Shown here piece after piece: positions 1-10,089 of a DNA stretch of 64,000 nucleotides. The stretch lies in sequence record OR525698.1. The stretch is one strand, 5' to 3'. The stretch comes from Escherichia phage vB-Eco-KMB43. Made by a program: the position numbers and the translations under genes. Numbering within the stretch: position 1 is the first letter of the stretch; each line of letters begins with the position of its first letter. The notes under the pieces are model-generated. The model made no database searches and was not told where the DNA came from. It saw only the letters and a program-made list of their open reading frames with translations.

Positions 1-308
1 TAGAAATGCTGCGGTTCGGTGATATTTACGATTAATTCAGCTTCTTCCATGAGGAAAACTTCAGATTCTACTGATTCCGTCGTATCGGTATCTTGTACCG
101 TTACTTTATAGCTACCCGCATTTTCACTTGTTGCACCTACTACAGATAGCGTAGCTGTGCTATTTTCATGTGGTTGGTCGTCTTTTGTCCATGTATATGT
201 CAAATTGCTGGGTAATGGTTCGTCACCCGCTACAGTCGCCGTTAAGGTGAAACCATCTCCAGCAAGAAAACATCTTTTGTCAGATTTAATTGATACTGTG
301 AAAGTCAT
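1..308 (-). CDS. hoc: Hoc-like head outer capsid protein, N-terminal part only (gene continues beyond window start)
   Basis: Minus-strand ORF starting ATG at 308 (MTFTVSIKSD...), Ig-like domain pattern (Y.W...SY.V), position next to inh/uvsW as in T4. Confidence 0.5.
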   Translation of the reverse strand, partial: MTFTVSIKSDKRCFLAGDGFTLTATVAGDEPLPSNLTYTWTKDDQPHENSTATLSVVGATSENAGSYKVTVQDTDTTESVESEVFLMEEAELIVNITEPQHF

Positions 309-477
309 ATAAAGCCACTCCCATAGAAAATCCGAATTTAATTAATTGAAATAGTTGATTGCCATCAACCAGATAACCATTGCGAGATTCCAATACATGA
401 GTATTAGAATAGTGATGTAACGAGGCCGAAATAGTATCGATCTCGTCTGGGTATTTGTTCTGTTTGATGTAATACAT
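286..477 (-). CDS. hypothetical small protein (63 aa)
   Basis: ORF track; sits between the inh-position gene and hoc; no recognisable motif. Confidence 0.3.
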   Translation of the reverse strand: MYYIKQNKYPDEIDTISASLHHYSNTHVLESRNGYLVDGNQLFQLIKFGFSMGVALYDFHSIN

Positions 478-573
478 TGATTTTGTTAGAAATGTAGTAT
501 CCTCTTTTTAATTGCATAACGGAACTACAATTAAAATTATAACAAATATTTCACAACTTTTATCACCCAAAAA

Positions 574-1299
574 TTACTTGAGTGTGTGGAATTGGCTGTG
601 TTTAGTCTCTCGCACCTTGACAGACCCATCGCGTTTGATATAATAGATCAGCGACTTGAGGGTGTCGTGTACATACGCGTGCGGGAAACGTTCTGGATAC
701 TTCTTCCAATCTGGAGTATTAACGATCCAGTCGAAAATCCACCACGGGCAGGAGTAGTAACCACGACCGCCACCGATCAAGCAAATGGTCGGACGGAAGC
801 CAGTAAGATCGCAAAATGAATCAGTGTCATGTGCTGGGGAACGATGCTCTGCTTCGTTAGAGAAAATGTTGGCTACCGGAGATTCCACTTTAACTTCCGG
901 TGCTTCTTCAACATCTGACTTAACTTCTTCGACCACTGGTTCAACTGCCGGAGATTCTTCTTTTGTTTCTTCAATGACGATCTCAGGTTCTTTCATTGCT
1001 TCAACCAGAGACGGATCAACTTCGTCGAATACCACTTTATCATCTGCGGTGTCTGCTGCCAGAATAAGATCGTTAATACTGGTTCCTTCTGCCGGAGTTT
1101 CTTCTTCCATTTCGGAAGCCAGTTTAGTTAATTCTGTTTCTACGAACTCGATCATGTTCTCTAGCGAGAGCGTCTTTTTGACCTTTATATCAAATTGTTT
1201 TGCGTAGTCCGCTAATTCTGTTTTAGCGGCTTTCTGTGATTCTTTGTCGTCGGACGCCGCAATAGCGCGGAGTTCTTCGAAATATTCTTTATCAAACAT
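574..1299 (-). CDS. hypothetical protein with acidic central region (positional equivalent of T4 inh)
   Basis: 241 aa ORF, E/D-rich middle, position between hoc and uvsW. Confidence 0.5.
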   Translation of the reverse strand: MFDKEYFEELRAIAASDDKESQKAAKTELADYAKQFDIKVKKTLSLENMIEFVETELTKLASEMEEETPAEGTSINDLILAADTADDKVVFDEVDPSLVEAMKEPEIVIEETKEESPAVEPVVEEVKSDVEEAPEVKVESPVANIFSNEAEHRSPAHDTDSFCDLTGFRPTICLIGGGRGYYSCPWWIFDWIVNTPDWKKYPERFPHAYVHDTLKSLIYYIKRDGSVKVRETKHSQFHTLK

Positions 1300-1325
1300 G
1301 TTATTCTCCTGATTGGGGGTGTTTG

Positions 1326-1333
1326 TATAAATA
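1326..1333 (+). promoter_or_regulatory. T4-type late promoter TATAAATA (uvsW)
   Basis: Exact TATAAATA ~37 nt upstream of uvsW ATG. Confidence 0.6.
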
Positions 1334-1369
1334 TTTGTATACTGTATTTATTGAGTGAGGCTATTCGCT

Positions 1370-2854
1370 ATGCAAGATATTAAAATTCACTTTCTGAACT
1401 ATTCCCATGTTCAAATTGAATGTAGCGATTCAATTTTATTAGAAATGCGAGATTATTTTAGTTTTGAAGTCGAGGGAGCGCGGTTTCAAAAAAGATTTAA
1501 GTATGGTGGATGGGATGGGCGTATTCGTCTTTTAGACTACAACGGAAAGTTGCCTATCGGCCTAACTAAAACCGTGGGAATCTTCGCTAAAAATATGGGC
1601 TATAGCGTATGGGTAGATCCTCGCTTATTCGAAAAAGAACAAGTTACAGAAGAAGAAATTACAAAATGGTGTAATGACTTAGAATTATATTCCGGTGCTA
1701 ACAGGATCACCCCGCACTGGTATCAATCAAAGGCTGTCTTTGAAGGTATCCATCATAAACGCCGTATGTTAGTTTTGCCTACGTCCGCTGGTAAATCTGC
1801 GATTGCTTGTATGTTGTCTCGCTGGTACTTAGAGAACTACGAAGGGAAAGTGCTGATCATCGTTCCTACCACGTCGCTAGTGCTGCAAATGCGTGATGAC
1901 TTTGTTGATTATCGCCAGTTTCCTTATGAAGCAATTCATACTATCATGAGCGGTACTAGTAAACACGTAGGTGATCGCCTGATCGTTGTTAGTACGTGGC
2001 AATCAGCATGTAAACAGCCTCGTGAGTGGTTCCAACAATTCGGGATGGTTATTGTTGACGAATGTCACAAAGCCACTGCTAAAAACCTGCTAAACATCGT
2101 TACTGATATGGATCATTGCCAATTTAAGATCGGTATGACTGGTTCCCCTCGTGACGGGAAAGCTAACATGATGCAGTATGTCGGGCTTTTCGGTGATATT
2201 TCTAAGATCGTGAGTATTGACCGCCTGATGGAAGAAGGGCAGGTGACAAAACTGAAAATTAACTGTCTTTTCCTTCGTTATACCGATGAGGAATGTAGCG
2301 CGGTTAAGGGTAGAGAATATGCGGAAGAGATCAAGTATATTACGTCTAACCCACGACGAAATAAGTTTGCTTGTAATTTGGCGCTAAAACTCGCTAAGAA
2401 GGGCGAAAACGTATTCCTTATGTTCCGCAATACTAAGCACGGAAAACTTATGTATGACGCGTTACAGAAGGTACACGACAAGGTTTATTATATTGACGGT
2501 GGAGTTAAGACAGAAGAACGTGATGAATTTAAGAAATTAGCGGAAGGGGAAACCGGGATCATTTGCGTTGCATCCTATGGTGTGTTCTCTACTGGTGTTT
2601 CAATTAAGAATTTGCACCATGTTATTTTCGGTCATCCAGTGAAGGAATCAACTATCGTTCGTCAGAGTATCGGTCGTGCATTGCGTAAACATGGTTCTAA
2701 GGATATTGCAACGGTCTGGGATCTTATAGATCATCTGGCGGTGAAGACAAAGAGCAAGAATGCTAAGAAACAGTTTAGTCACCTTAATTATGCTCTTAAA
2801 CACGCGCTTTTGAGGATACAGCTTTACAATACCGATAAATTTGAGTATGCTTAA
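1370..2854 (+). CDS. uvsW: UvsW RNA-DNA/DNA helicase (SF2), C-terminus altered by 55 bp tandem duplication
   Basis: Strong similarity to T4 UvsW (MQDIKIHF..., Walker A LPTSAGKS, DECH box); late promoter TATAAATA upstream; stop codon created at duplication junction. Confidence 0.9.
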   Translation: MQDIKIHFLNYSHVQIECSDSILLEMRDYFSFEVEGARFQKRFKYGGWDGRIRLLDYNGKLPIGLTKTVGIFAKNMGYSVWVDPRLFEKEQVTEEEITKWCNDLELYSGANRITPHWYQSKAVFEGIHHKRRMLVLPTSAGKSAIACMLSRWYLENYEGKVLIIVPTTSLVLQMRDDFVDYRQFPYEAIHTIMSGTSKHVGDRLIVVSTWQSACKQPREWFQQFGMVIVDECHKATAKNLLNIVTDMDHCQFKIGMTGSPRDGKANMMQYVGLFGDISKIVSIDRLMEEGQVTKLKINCLFLRYTDEECSAVKGREYAEEIKYITSNPRRNKFACNLALKLAKKGENVFLMFRNTKHGKLMYDALQKVHDKVYYIDGGVKTEERDEFKKLAEGETGIICVASYGVFSTGVSIKNLHHVIFGHPVKESTIVRQSIGRALRKHGSKDIATVWDLIDHLAVKTKSKNAKKQFSHLNYALKHALLRIQLYNTDKFEYA

Positions 2855-2904
2855 ACACGCGCTTTTGAGGATACAGCTTTACAATACCGATAAATTTGAG
2901 TATG
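2795..2904 (+). repeat. perfect 55 bp direct tandem duplication (2 copies) at uvsW 3' end
   Basis: 2795-2849 identical to 2850-2904; junction creates GCT TAA stop. Confidence 0.95.
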
Positions 2905-2933
2905 TCACGAAAACCATCGAGATTTAATAAATA

Positions 2934-2956
2934 GGGGCTTTAATGCCCCTTTATTC
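2934..2956 (+). terminator. rho-independent terminator after uvsW
   Basis: Hairpin GGGGC-TTTAAT-GCCCC followed by TTTATT. Confidence 0.6.
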
Positions 2957-2970
2957 TACGGAGATTAAAA

Positions 2971-3207
2971 ATGATTAGCTTTAAACGTTTTTTGGTTGAG
3001 GCCGCTATTGACGGTTTCATGCGTAAGATTTATTCTTGTAATACTATCGAGGGATTAAATGAACTTGAGGCATATTATGAGAAGCGCAAGAAAGAAACAG
3101 AATTGAAACCTGCTGATGATATTTCGATCCGTGATGCCATCGCTGGACGCCGTAAGCAACTGGAAGCGGACAACGAGCCAGAAGATGAGCCGGAAGAGGA
3201 TTTTTAA
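2971..3207 (+). CDS. UvsW.1-like small acidic protein
   Basis: 78 aa ORF with GGAG RBS immediately downstream of uvsW terminator, same position as T4 uvsW.1. Confidence 0.5.
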   Translation: MISFKRFLVEAAIDGFMRKIYSCNTIEGLNELEAYYEKRKKETELKPADDISIRDAIAGRRKQLEADNEPEDEPEEDF

Positions 3208-3210
3208 GAT

Positions 3211-3237
3211 ATAAAAAAGCCCCATCATTGATGGGGC
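3211..3237 (-). terminator. rho-independent terminator (minus strand) after uvsY operon
   Basis: Hairpin GCCCCAT-CATTG-ATGGGGC with A-run on plus strand (T-run on minus). Confidence 0.55.
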
Positions 3238-3270
3238 AAAATAAACCAATTAAAATCGGTTATCAACAAA

Positions 3271-3447
3271 TTACATTAACAGCATTGTTTGCTCTACGAG
3301 TTGTTCTTGTTCTTCGCCGTTCGCATCTTCACTAATCGAACGTTCTGTTACTAGCTGTAAGCAGTAGCCAGTGTGAACAACGCCGTTTTCTGTCTGGACG
3401 GATAACGCATCCTCGACAGGTTGTTTACAACAAATACAGATTTTCAT
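3271..3447 (-). CDS. small Cys-rich protein (58 aa), uvsY-downstream ORF
   Basis: ATG at 3447, ORF MKICICCKQP..., below ORF-track size cutoff; followed by hairpin terminator. Confidence 0.35.
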   Translation of the reverse strand: MKICICCKQPVEDALSVQTENGVVHTGYCLQLVTERSISEDANGEEQEQLVEQTMLLM

Positions 3448-3468
3448 AAAAATTCCTCCTGCATGTAT

Positions 3469-3876
3469 TTAGCGACCAGATTCCAGCATACGCAATTCTA
3501 TAGCATTCTTGATCGCAAAGCCACGAGATTTAACGATATCAAGTGCGCGACCAGCAAAATCCATTACCATCTGGTAATATGCAATTTTCGTATCAAGTGG
3601 TAAGATCTCGTCGTCTGCTGCCATGACAACTTTCAATTCTGATTTCTCATATTCAGCACGACACCAGTCATCACTACGGTTAGTGTAAAAATCAAGACGA
3701 TTTTTCATAGCCTTTTTCTTTTTAGCCTCAAGAGCAATCGTCTCTCTTTTCGCCTCGCTGTAAATCCTTAACCACTTTGAGTATACTACCGGATTATTCA
3801 GCGCCTCCCATTGCAACTTAGTCGCATCGATCTTCATGTCAGCTTCTAATTGTTCTTTCAAATCGTTTAGGTCCAT
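3469..3876 (-). CDS. uvsY: UvsY recombination mediator
   Basis: 135 aa, similar to T4 UvsY (KSRGFAIK motif), conserved position. Confidence 0.85.
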   Translation of the reverse strand: MDLNDLKEQLEADMKIDATKLQWEALNNPVVYSKWLRIYSEAKRETIALEAKKKKAMKNRLDFYTNRSDDWCRAEYEKSELKVVMAADDEILPLDTKIAYYQMVMDFAGRALDIVKSRGFAIKNAIELRMLESGR

Positions 3877-3923
3877 AATATCCCCTTATTCACACTAAGA
3901 CCTATATCATATCACACACAAAA

Positions 3924-4310
3924 TCACTTTGCAAGTCTTATGCGTAGTTGTTCAAGATCATCTGGGTTATCTATTACTGAAAAGTAGATTGATACTATGA
4001 TTGAGTTATCGTCGTACTGCGGAGTTACTTCTACTGTCAGGTTTCGGACCCGTGGTTCATAGTTTCGGATCGCCTCATTGATGTTTTTTGATAAGGTGTC
4101 CACTGTCAGTGGGTTCATGTTCTCAAACAGTGATTTATTGAGATCGCATCCAAACAGTGGATCAAATGGACGAGATCCCTTGCGAGTAGTCACGATCAGT
4201 AGAATAGAATCCTTAACCGCTTTAATCCCTATGTTCTTTTTAACGTCGTTATTCCACGATCTGGATATATTGAGATCCAAATCAGTATACATCTGATTAA
4301 TAGTTGCCAT
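3924..4310 (-). CDS. 25: baseplate wedge protein gp25
   Basis: TTRKGSRPFDP.FGCDL and FSVIDNPDD motifs as in T4 gp25; start set at ATG 4310 with GAGG RBS. Confidence 0.85.
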   Translation of the reverse strand: MATINQMYTDLDLNISRSWNNDVKKNIGIKAVKDSILLIVTTRKGSRPFDPLFGCDLNKSLFENMNPLTVDTLSKNINEAIRNYEPRVRNLTVEVTPQYDDNSIIVSIYFSVIDNPDDLEQLRIRLAK

Positions 4311-4318
4311 GTTATACC

Positions 4319-4948
4319 TCAAAGAATTTTAAGGAAACTGGATAGACCTGATAATGAATATACACCAGATTCCCCGCATTCGCACTTGATCGGTACTGCC
4401 AGCGTGATTTGATTTCTTGTTAGCTCGTCGATCACTTCTTCCACTTTATCCGTGGTAAGCATATCCAGCACACGGTCAAAGTCCTGTGCGTTCAGGTCGT
4501 CTATATTGAATTGCTGATCGCCGATCACGATATATTCGATACATGCAATTACCATCTGCATAATATCAACATCTTCTGTAAATTTAGGTTGACGAAACTT
4601 GATTTTTACTTGTCCTAAGTCTAGAATATATGGTTCAACTTCTGGTATCTGTGTGCGTGAAACATCAAGAGAATATACTTTCTCTTTATTGCATACACCA
4701 CACACCCAAGTAGCATCAATTTTCATCTTATTGAGGCTGTGACACCATAAGAGAAGAAAAATATATTCTGCTTCGCATTTCTCTAGCTCTAATGCATTGA
4801 TCCCCGTACATTCATGTATGATCTCTATAACAACCTCTGACAGCTTGCCAGTCTCTTTTGCTGCTACCAGTTTTTGAAATTCGCCGAAGGTGAAAGCACG
4901 GGCGTGTATCAACTTTTCGCCTAATTGGATCTTGAAAAAGTATTGCAT
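4319..4948 (-). CDS. 26: baseplate hub protein gp26
   Basis: 209 aa ORF at T4 gene 26 position and size, divergent from gene 51. Confidence 0.7.
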   Translation of the reverse strand: MQYFFKIQLGEKLIHARAFTFGEFQKLVAAKETGKLSEVVIEIIHECTGINALELEKCEAEYIFLLLWCHSLNKMKIDATWVCGVCNKEKVYSLDVSRTQIPEVEPYILDLGQVKIKFRQPKFTEDVDIMQMVIACIEYIVIGDQQFNIDDLNAQDFDRVLDMLTTDKVEEVIDELTRNQITLAVPIKCECGESGVYSLSGLSSFLKIL

Positions 4949-4990
4949 AATAAAACACCCTTTATAAACACATAGAATTATTTAGTATTT

Positions 4991-4998
4991 TATAAATA
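4991..4998 (+). promoter_or_regulatory. T4-type late promoter TATAAATA (gene 51)
   Basis: Exact TATAAATA ~21 nt upstream of gene 51 start. Confidence 0.6.
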
Positions 4999-5018
4999 CC
5001 CGAAAGGGGGATTATACC

Positions 5019-5789
5019 ATGAATATTATCCGAATAAAACTACCGGAAGGTGTGCAGAGATTTAAACCCTTCACGGTAAAAGATTATAGAGATTTCCTTC
5101 TGGTGTCAACTGAAATTAAGATGAATCCAGAAGAAGAACAAACGATTCTGGATGAGCTATTAGAAGAAATATATCCAGAAGTAGATCCGGCATTTCGTGA
5201 ATATATTTTCCTGAATGTCTTTACTAGTTCAATTGGTAAAACTAAGATACCGCTTTGTTTTACTTGCCCGACTTGCAACAAAGAAAGAAAAATGTTGCTT
5301 AACTTACAGGTTGAAGCACTAAAACCAATCGTTCTAGAGGCCGCAGGGCTTAAAATAACTTTCCGGTATGTTAAACCATCAACCGACTATGCAAAAACGT
5401 TTCTGGATGCGATAGAGCGTGTATCTGATGGTATTAATGATTATCTATGGACTGAATTACCGGAAGAAGTTAGAGAACAGGTTATCGATTCAATCTCATT
5501 TGCTGAATTTGAAGAAGTTGTTAAGCAGATGCACACAATCAAGATCGAACAAAAGATATCTTGTTGTGAAAGTCATGACCTGAAATACATAGGTCTTCTT
5601 CCATTGTTCAAATTGTTGTTGAATCCAGATGAGTTATTCATCTTTTATCGAATAAACCATCTATTGGCAAAATCAAATTATTCTATCAGTGATCTTATGG
5701 ACATGTTACCCGTCGAGAGAAACATTGCACTGACACTGGTCGAGAAAGACGTAAAAGAGGCAAACAATGCAAAGAACGGGGTTTCCTAA
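5019..5789 (+). CDS. 51: baseplate hub assembly protein gp51
   Basis: 256 aa, late promoter TATAAATA at 4991-4998, position as T4 gene 51. Confidence 0.75.
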   Translation: MNIIRIKLPEGVQRFKPFTVKDYRDFLLVSTEIKMNPEEEQTILDELLEEIYPEVDPAFREYIFLNVFTSSIGKTKIPLCFTCPTCNKERKMLLNLQVEALKPIVLEAAGLKITFRYVKPSTDYAKTFLDAIERVSDGINDYLWTELPEEVREQVIDSISFAEFEEVVKQMHTIKIEQKISCCESHDLKYIGLLPLFKLLLNPDELFIFYRINHLLAKSNYSISDLMDMLPVERNIALTLVEKDVKEANNAKNGVS

Positions 5790-6876
5790 TGTCTCAATAA
5801 AACTTTATCAGGATTATGAGGCATTTCTAAATCATCGCTTTATAGAATTGGGTGCTACCTTTGTTACAATGACTCTGCGTGATTCGATTCGTGGGGTGAA
5901 CGAAGGATTGTTGCAATTCTATGATAATAAGGCGATGCATACAAAATTAAACGGGAGAGAGATCATTCAGATTTCTCTATCCACTGCTAATACAGATGAA
6001 GTGTTTAACCGAATCTATGGGATCTCTCATAGTAATGTAACAATTGACCAAAAATCAGACAACATTTTAACATTCCAGTTAAAGAGTTATCATGAAACCC
6101 TAAACCTTAAATTTTCTAGCTCATTGACAAATAACGCTGTTAATAACGTAACTAGTATGATTGATGCCATCTATAAGGAAGTTCCTTTATGGAAACCTAC
6201 TATAAAGGGTGATAACGTTGTTATTCCTCGTTGTCCGTGGGTTAGTACCATAAATGACTATATGGATTTTGTTAGGGCATACGGGCAAAGCGTAGAAACC
6301 GAGTCTTTCGTGTATTGCTGGGAAGATTTTGATGGTATAACGATCGCTGGACACGATACAATATTAAAAAATGAGCCAATACCAGCTATAATCTGTGAGC
6401 CTAGACTCATGGGGCAATTTATTGATATGTCGCCTAATCTGATGGTTTTTAATTTCGAGTGGCAGACTAAGAGCAATGCTAAAGTTAAAAATTCATTTAG
6501 CAATGTGACATACACAACTATTGATTTTGTTACTAAGCAGTATAATAAAATTATTGTTGGTAATGGGGATAATATTGCACACTTTGCTCATGGCGGCGCT
6601 TATGGCGATTTAACTTATAAGAATGCGTTTTTGGAAGGTTCTAAACTTGCCACAATAGAACAATATGATTCATATGCTACCGCCGTGTGTCACGGTAATT
6701 TTTCGTTGCGCCCTGGTATGGTTATTCGATTCTTTGATGAGAAGCAACAAGCACGCAATGATTTTATTGTTGACGAAGTTGTGCATGAAATTAGCCGAGA
6801 GCAATCATTAACTCACCTGTATATGATCGGTAACAGCGAAGAATTACAGGAAGTCAAATTTGAAGGTAAGATATAA
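5767..6876 (+). CDS. 27: baseplate hub protein gp27
   Basis: 369 aa, similarity to T4 gp27 N-terminus (QRPGYPN.S.KL...LQFYD). Confidence 0.85.
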   Translation: MQRTGFPNVSIKLYQDYEAFLNHRFIELGATFVTMTLRDSIRGVNEGLLQFYDNKAMHTKLNGREIIQISLSTANTDEVFNRIYGISHSNVTIDQKSDNILTFQLKSYHETLNLKFSSSLTNNAVNNVTSMIDAIYKEVPLWKPTIKGDNVVIPRCPWVSTINDYMDFVRAYGQSVETESFVYCWEDFDGITIAGHDTILKNEPIPAIICEPRLMGQFIDMSPNLMVFNFEWQTKSNAKVKNSFSNVTYTTIDFVTKQYNKIIVGNGDNIAHFAHGGAYGDLTYKNAFLEGSKLATIEQYDSYATAVCHGNFSLRPGMVIRFFDEKQQARNDFIVDEVVHEISREQSLTHLYMIGNSEELQEVKFEGKI

Positions 6877-8582
6877 TGACAGAAACTAAACCTATGTTAA
6901 AATTTGTTGTTCCTGTAAAAAAATTAGAGATAAACGGGAAACATATCAAGATCCCAAAAATGGGGATTAAGCAACATCGATTATTAAAAGATGTTCGTAG
7001 CTGTGATGAAACATTAAAGATTCTTCTTGATTCAATCTGTCCTGGGTTAAACGCTGCCGAGTCTGAATTGGTTATGCTTAACCTTTGTGCGTATGAAGAA
7101 TTGCAAAAACTCAATAATTTCTCTTCTCAGATGAATGAGAAATTACGTGGTTTTGGTGTTATGATGGAACGTAGATTTGGTGTTGTCAGTAAAATGGCTA
7201 GCGGTATTGGTGCGATTGAAGAAGCACTGAAAAAACCGGAACAACCGCAAACAATGCCATCACCTCAGCCAGTTTTGCCTACTGTACCGGAACAGCCTAA
7301 TAATGACAACTATCAAGGTCTTCCAAAGAAAAAACCAGATGTTGAGGAACGGAAGAAAAAGAACGCCGCAGATAAGCGCAATGCGGATTCTATGGAAAAT
7401 CTTCTTAAAGTTGTTCGTGGAGGATTTAAAGAAACCATAGGTATCTCTAATAAGGTCTTAGGGATGTTATTTAAGATCACCTTGACCGCTATGGCAGAAG
7501 CCGCAAAATGGGGCGCTATTTTGATGGGTATTGTTTTTGCCATTGATACCCTTATGATTCATTTCAGATATTGGAGTGATTTATTCGAAACAAAATTTGA
7601 TGAATTTATGGATAAAGCCGGAGAATGGGCTGGACCCATTAGTGATATTCTAACAACTATTCGTCAAGTTCGAGATTATTGGTCTAAAGGTGAATATGGA
7701 GAATTAATTAAATCTCTTGTTATGGGTATTGGTGATGCATTCTATAAAACCTTTATCCAACTTGATCGAATTATCACTACTGGTATTGCTAAAATTCTTC
7801 GCATGATCCCTGGTATGGGTGATTATGCCGATAAGTTAGAATATGGTGCTTTAAAATCTGCTGTCGCTCAAGGTTATACGCCAAATGAAAGAGAACTCGA
7901 ATTAATGGATAAGGTCGAGTCTGAACACGAAGAGGACAAATACGGGGAGCGTACTGGTTGGACCGGAAAAGCCCGTGATATTGGTGAGGCTATCGGTGAC
8001 TCCATTAAAGATAAAGTTAACGAGGGTCTTGTTAGTCTGGGTTGGAGAGATCAAAAGGATGTTGACGCAGAGAAGCGACAAGAAGAATTAAAGCGCGGAG
8101 AATATGAGTCTGTTTCTGCTGAACAACGATCTGCTAGTCGTAAACTTAGAATTAAAAGTGAGGGCGCGATCAACAATATTAATGAAGTTATGGAGAATTT
8201 GAGCGGTGACTATGACAAAGAAAGAATGGGAGAGTTGAAAAAGGATATTGATGTTTACCGTGAGCAAGTTCAAGATCCTACATTAGTTGAAAGTGATCGT
8301 TCTCAGTTAGAGCGTCTTATTGAAAAATTTGATGAGATGTATGCTGATAAAACTAAGGGTGTTGTGCAAACACAGCCGGTTCCTGCAACTGAAACGGAAA
8401 CAGCAAAACAAGCGGAACGTACTGAACAAATGCAGAAACAAGCTGCAATCCAGAAACAAACGACAAATCAGACCTCAAACGTAAATAATACACAAATTGT
8501 AACAAACAATAGAACTATTAAACAGGGTGCACCAACAACTAGAATTGATGCCCCCGGTACAATTAATATGGGGAACTTTTAA
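6876..8582 (+). CDS. 29: baseplate hub / tail tube length determinant, gp29-like (no separate gp28 ORF seen)
   Basis: 568 aa ORF with hydrophobic segment and coiled-coil-like regions at gene 29 position; start overlaps gp27 stop (TAATG). Confidence 0.6.
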   Translation: MTETKPMLKFVVPVKKLEINGKHIKIPKMGIKQHRLLKDVRSCDETLKILLDSICPGLNAAESELVMLNLCAYEELQKLNNFSSQMNEKLRGFGVMMERRFGVVSKMASGIGAIEEALKKPEQPQTMPSPQPVLPTVPEQPNNDNYQGLPKKKPDVEERKKKNAADKRNADSMENLLKVVRGGFKETIGISNKVLGMLFKITLTAMAEAAKWGAILMGIVFAIDTLMIHFRYWSDLFETKFDEFMDKAGEWAGPISDILTTIRQVRDYWSKGEYGELIKSLVMGIGDAFYKTFIQLDRIITTGIAKILRMIPGMGDYADKLEYGALKSAVAQGYTPNERELELMDKVESEHEEDKYGERTGWTGKARDIGEAIGDSIKDKVNEGLVSLGWRDQKDVDAEKRQEELKRGEYESVSAEQRSASRKLRIKSEGAINNINEVMENLSGDYDKERMGELKKDIDVYREQVQDPTLVESDRSQLERLIEKFDEMYADKTKGVVQTQPVPATETETAKQAERTEQMQKQAAIQKQTTNQTSNVNNTQIVTNNRTIKQGAPTTRIDAPGTINMGNF

Positions 8583-9640
8583 TGAAAATTAGTGTTATCA
8601 ATGATGCCGTTGATAGCTTTAAAGCGGGGGTTAAAACCTCCGCTGGTTTTACCTCAAAAAATAAAGGGAAAACATTAACCGCTCAATTCCCCGCTGAACG
8701 TGCTAGCGGTAATGATGCTAGCGGTTATTATATCAACGACTTATATAATAATGGTCTGTTATTCACTGCATACGATTACACCTCTCGTACTACTGGATCG
8801 CTGCGTGATTTCAGGAAAAAGAAAAATGTTGCTAGCGGTTTTGGTGGTAGCGTTAATATCGCTGGTTTTGATTTAAATTTGGGTGGGAGAAATGCTGCAT
8901 TTGACCGAGAGGCAATTGCTAATATTCTTCTTCCTCGTAGTCAATCTGACGTTGACGCTGCCAGCCATAAGTTTAATGATGTTGGTGAATCTGTTATTTC
9001 TCGCGGCGGTGGTACTTTAGGCGGTGCTCTTTCTAATATGGCATCTACTGCCGTTTTTGGTGGTATCGAAAGTATTACTGGTGGATACCTTGCCGATCAC
9101 GGTGAACAGATTTATAATACTGCGCGAAGCATGTATGCGGGTGCTGATGCACGAACTAAAAACTACGTATGGCATCTAACCCCACGTAGTATTGAAGACC
9201 TTCGCAATATTCTGATCATATACGAAACGTTTTTAGAATTGTCTTATGGTTCTAGTGGCATTTCCAGCACCGCAAAAGAATTAAAAGCGGAAGTTGATGC
9301 GTGGTATAAAAATACACTATTGAGAAAATCCACCCCAGAGGAAGCGAAGAGAAATGATACTCTGTTTGAAGGGATCACCGATTTTCTATCAAACGTAATT
9401 ACTGTATCTAACCCGACAATATGGATGATCTCTAACTTCGGCAAGCGTACATCGTTTGAAGGGCGTAGCGATGCATTTGGTCCCGCTCAGATCTCAAGTG
9501 TACGTCTGGACAAGTCGCCTGATGGTAAGTTTAATGGCCTTGCTATTTCTCCTAACTTGCCGAGTACCTTTGTTCTGGAAGTATCATTTAGAGAGATCTT
9601 GACACTTTCCCGTGGTACTATATTTGGGAGTGCGGCATAA
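8582..9640 (+). CDS. 48: baseplate tail tube cap gp48
   Basis: 352 aa ORF at conserved position, start overlaps upstream stop. Confidence 0.8.
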   Translation: MKISVINDAVDSFKAGVKTSAGFTSKNKGKTLTAQFPAERASGNDASGYYINDLYNNGLLFTAYDYTSRTTGSLRDFRKKKNVASGFGGSVNIAGFDLNLGGRNAAFDREAIANILLPRSQSDVDAASHKFNDVGESVISRGGGTLGGALSNMASTAVFGGIESITGGYLADHGEQIYNTARSMYAGADARTKNYVWHLTPRSIEDLRNILIIYETFLELSYGSSGISSTAKELKAEVDAWYKNTLLRKSTPEEAKRNDTLFEGITDFLSNVITVSNPTIWMISNFGKRTSFEGRSDAFGPAQISSVRLDKSPDGKFNGLAISPNLPSTFVLEVSFREILTLSRGTIFGSAA

Positions 9641-10089
9641 TGTTTGATTTAAATGACTTTAACGAACAAGCCGCTAACCTTGACTTTCAGCGATCGAACT
9701 TATTCAGCGTGGCATTTGCCACCACTCCAAGTAATAAGACACAAGCGATCCTAGAAAGTATGGGTGGTGCGGTATATGATATTATACCAAATGCATTAAA
9801 TGACTATTTCGGGATTACTCGTGGTGATTATACTGACGCATTAACAAATCTTGCTGTGCAGGGTGTTAGGCGTGCTGTTGATTCATCTGGTGTCAAAAAG
9901 TATCTTTTAGGTGCAATGTCATCCCGCGTAGTTCAATCTCTTCTGGGGCAATTTGATGTTGGTACATATGCGCTTGACTGGTTCAATCTGGCATATAAGA
10001 CAAGCGGTCTTCTGGTGTATGCTGTTAAGGTTCCAGAAAACAGATTGAATTATGAAATGGACCGTAACCACAATGCGCCAAACATTCGA
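9640..10089 (+). CDS. 54: baseplate tail tube initiator gp54, N-terminal segment (residues 1-150)
   Basis: Collinear with T4 gp54 up to ...PENRLNYEMDRNHNAPNIR; reading frame then diverges and stops at 10170. Confidence 0.8.

Noticed and set aside
586-1207. Plus-strand ORFs 586-819 and 785-1207 antisense to the inh-position gene
   Set aside because: Low-complexity translations (S/T-rich) with no RBS; typical antisense artefacts. The same applies to 12992-13258, 13844-14446, 40048-40587, 40331-40639, 45831-46328 and similar track entries inside well-supported genes
3421-3603. Plus-strand 60 aa ORF overlapping uvsY
   Set aside because: Antisense to the well-conserved uvsY gene; no RBS
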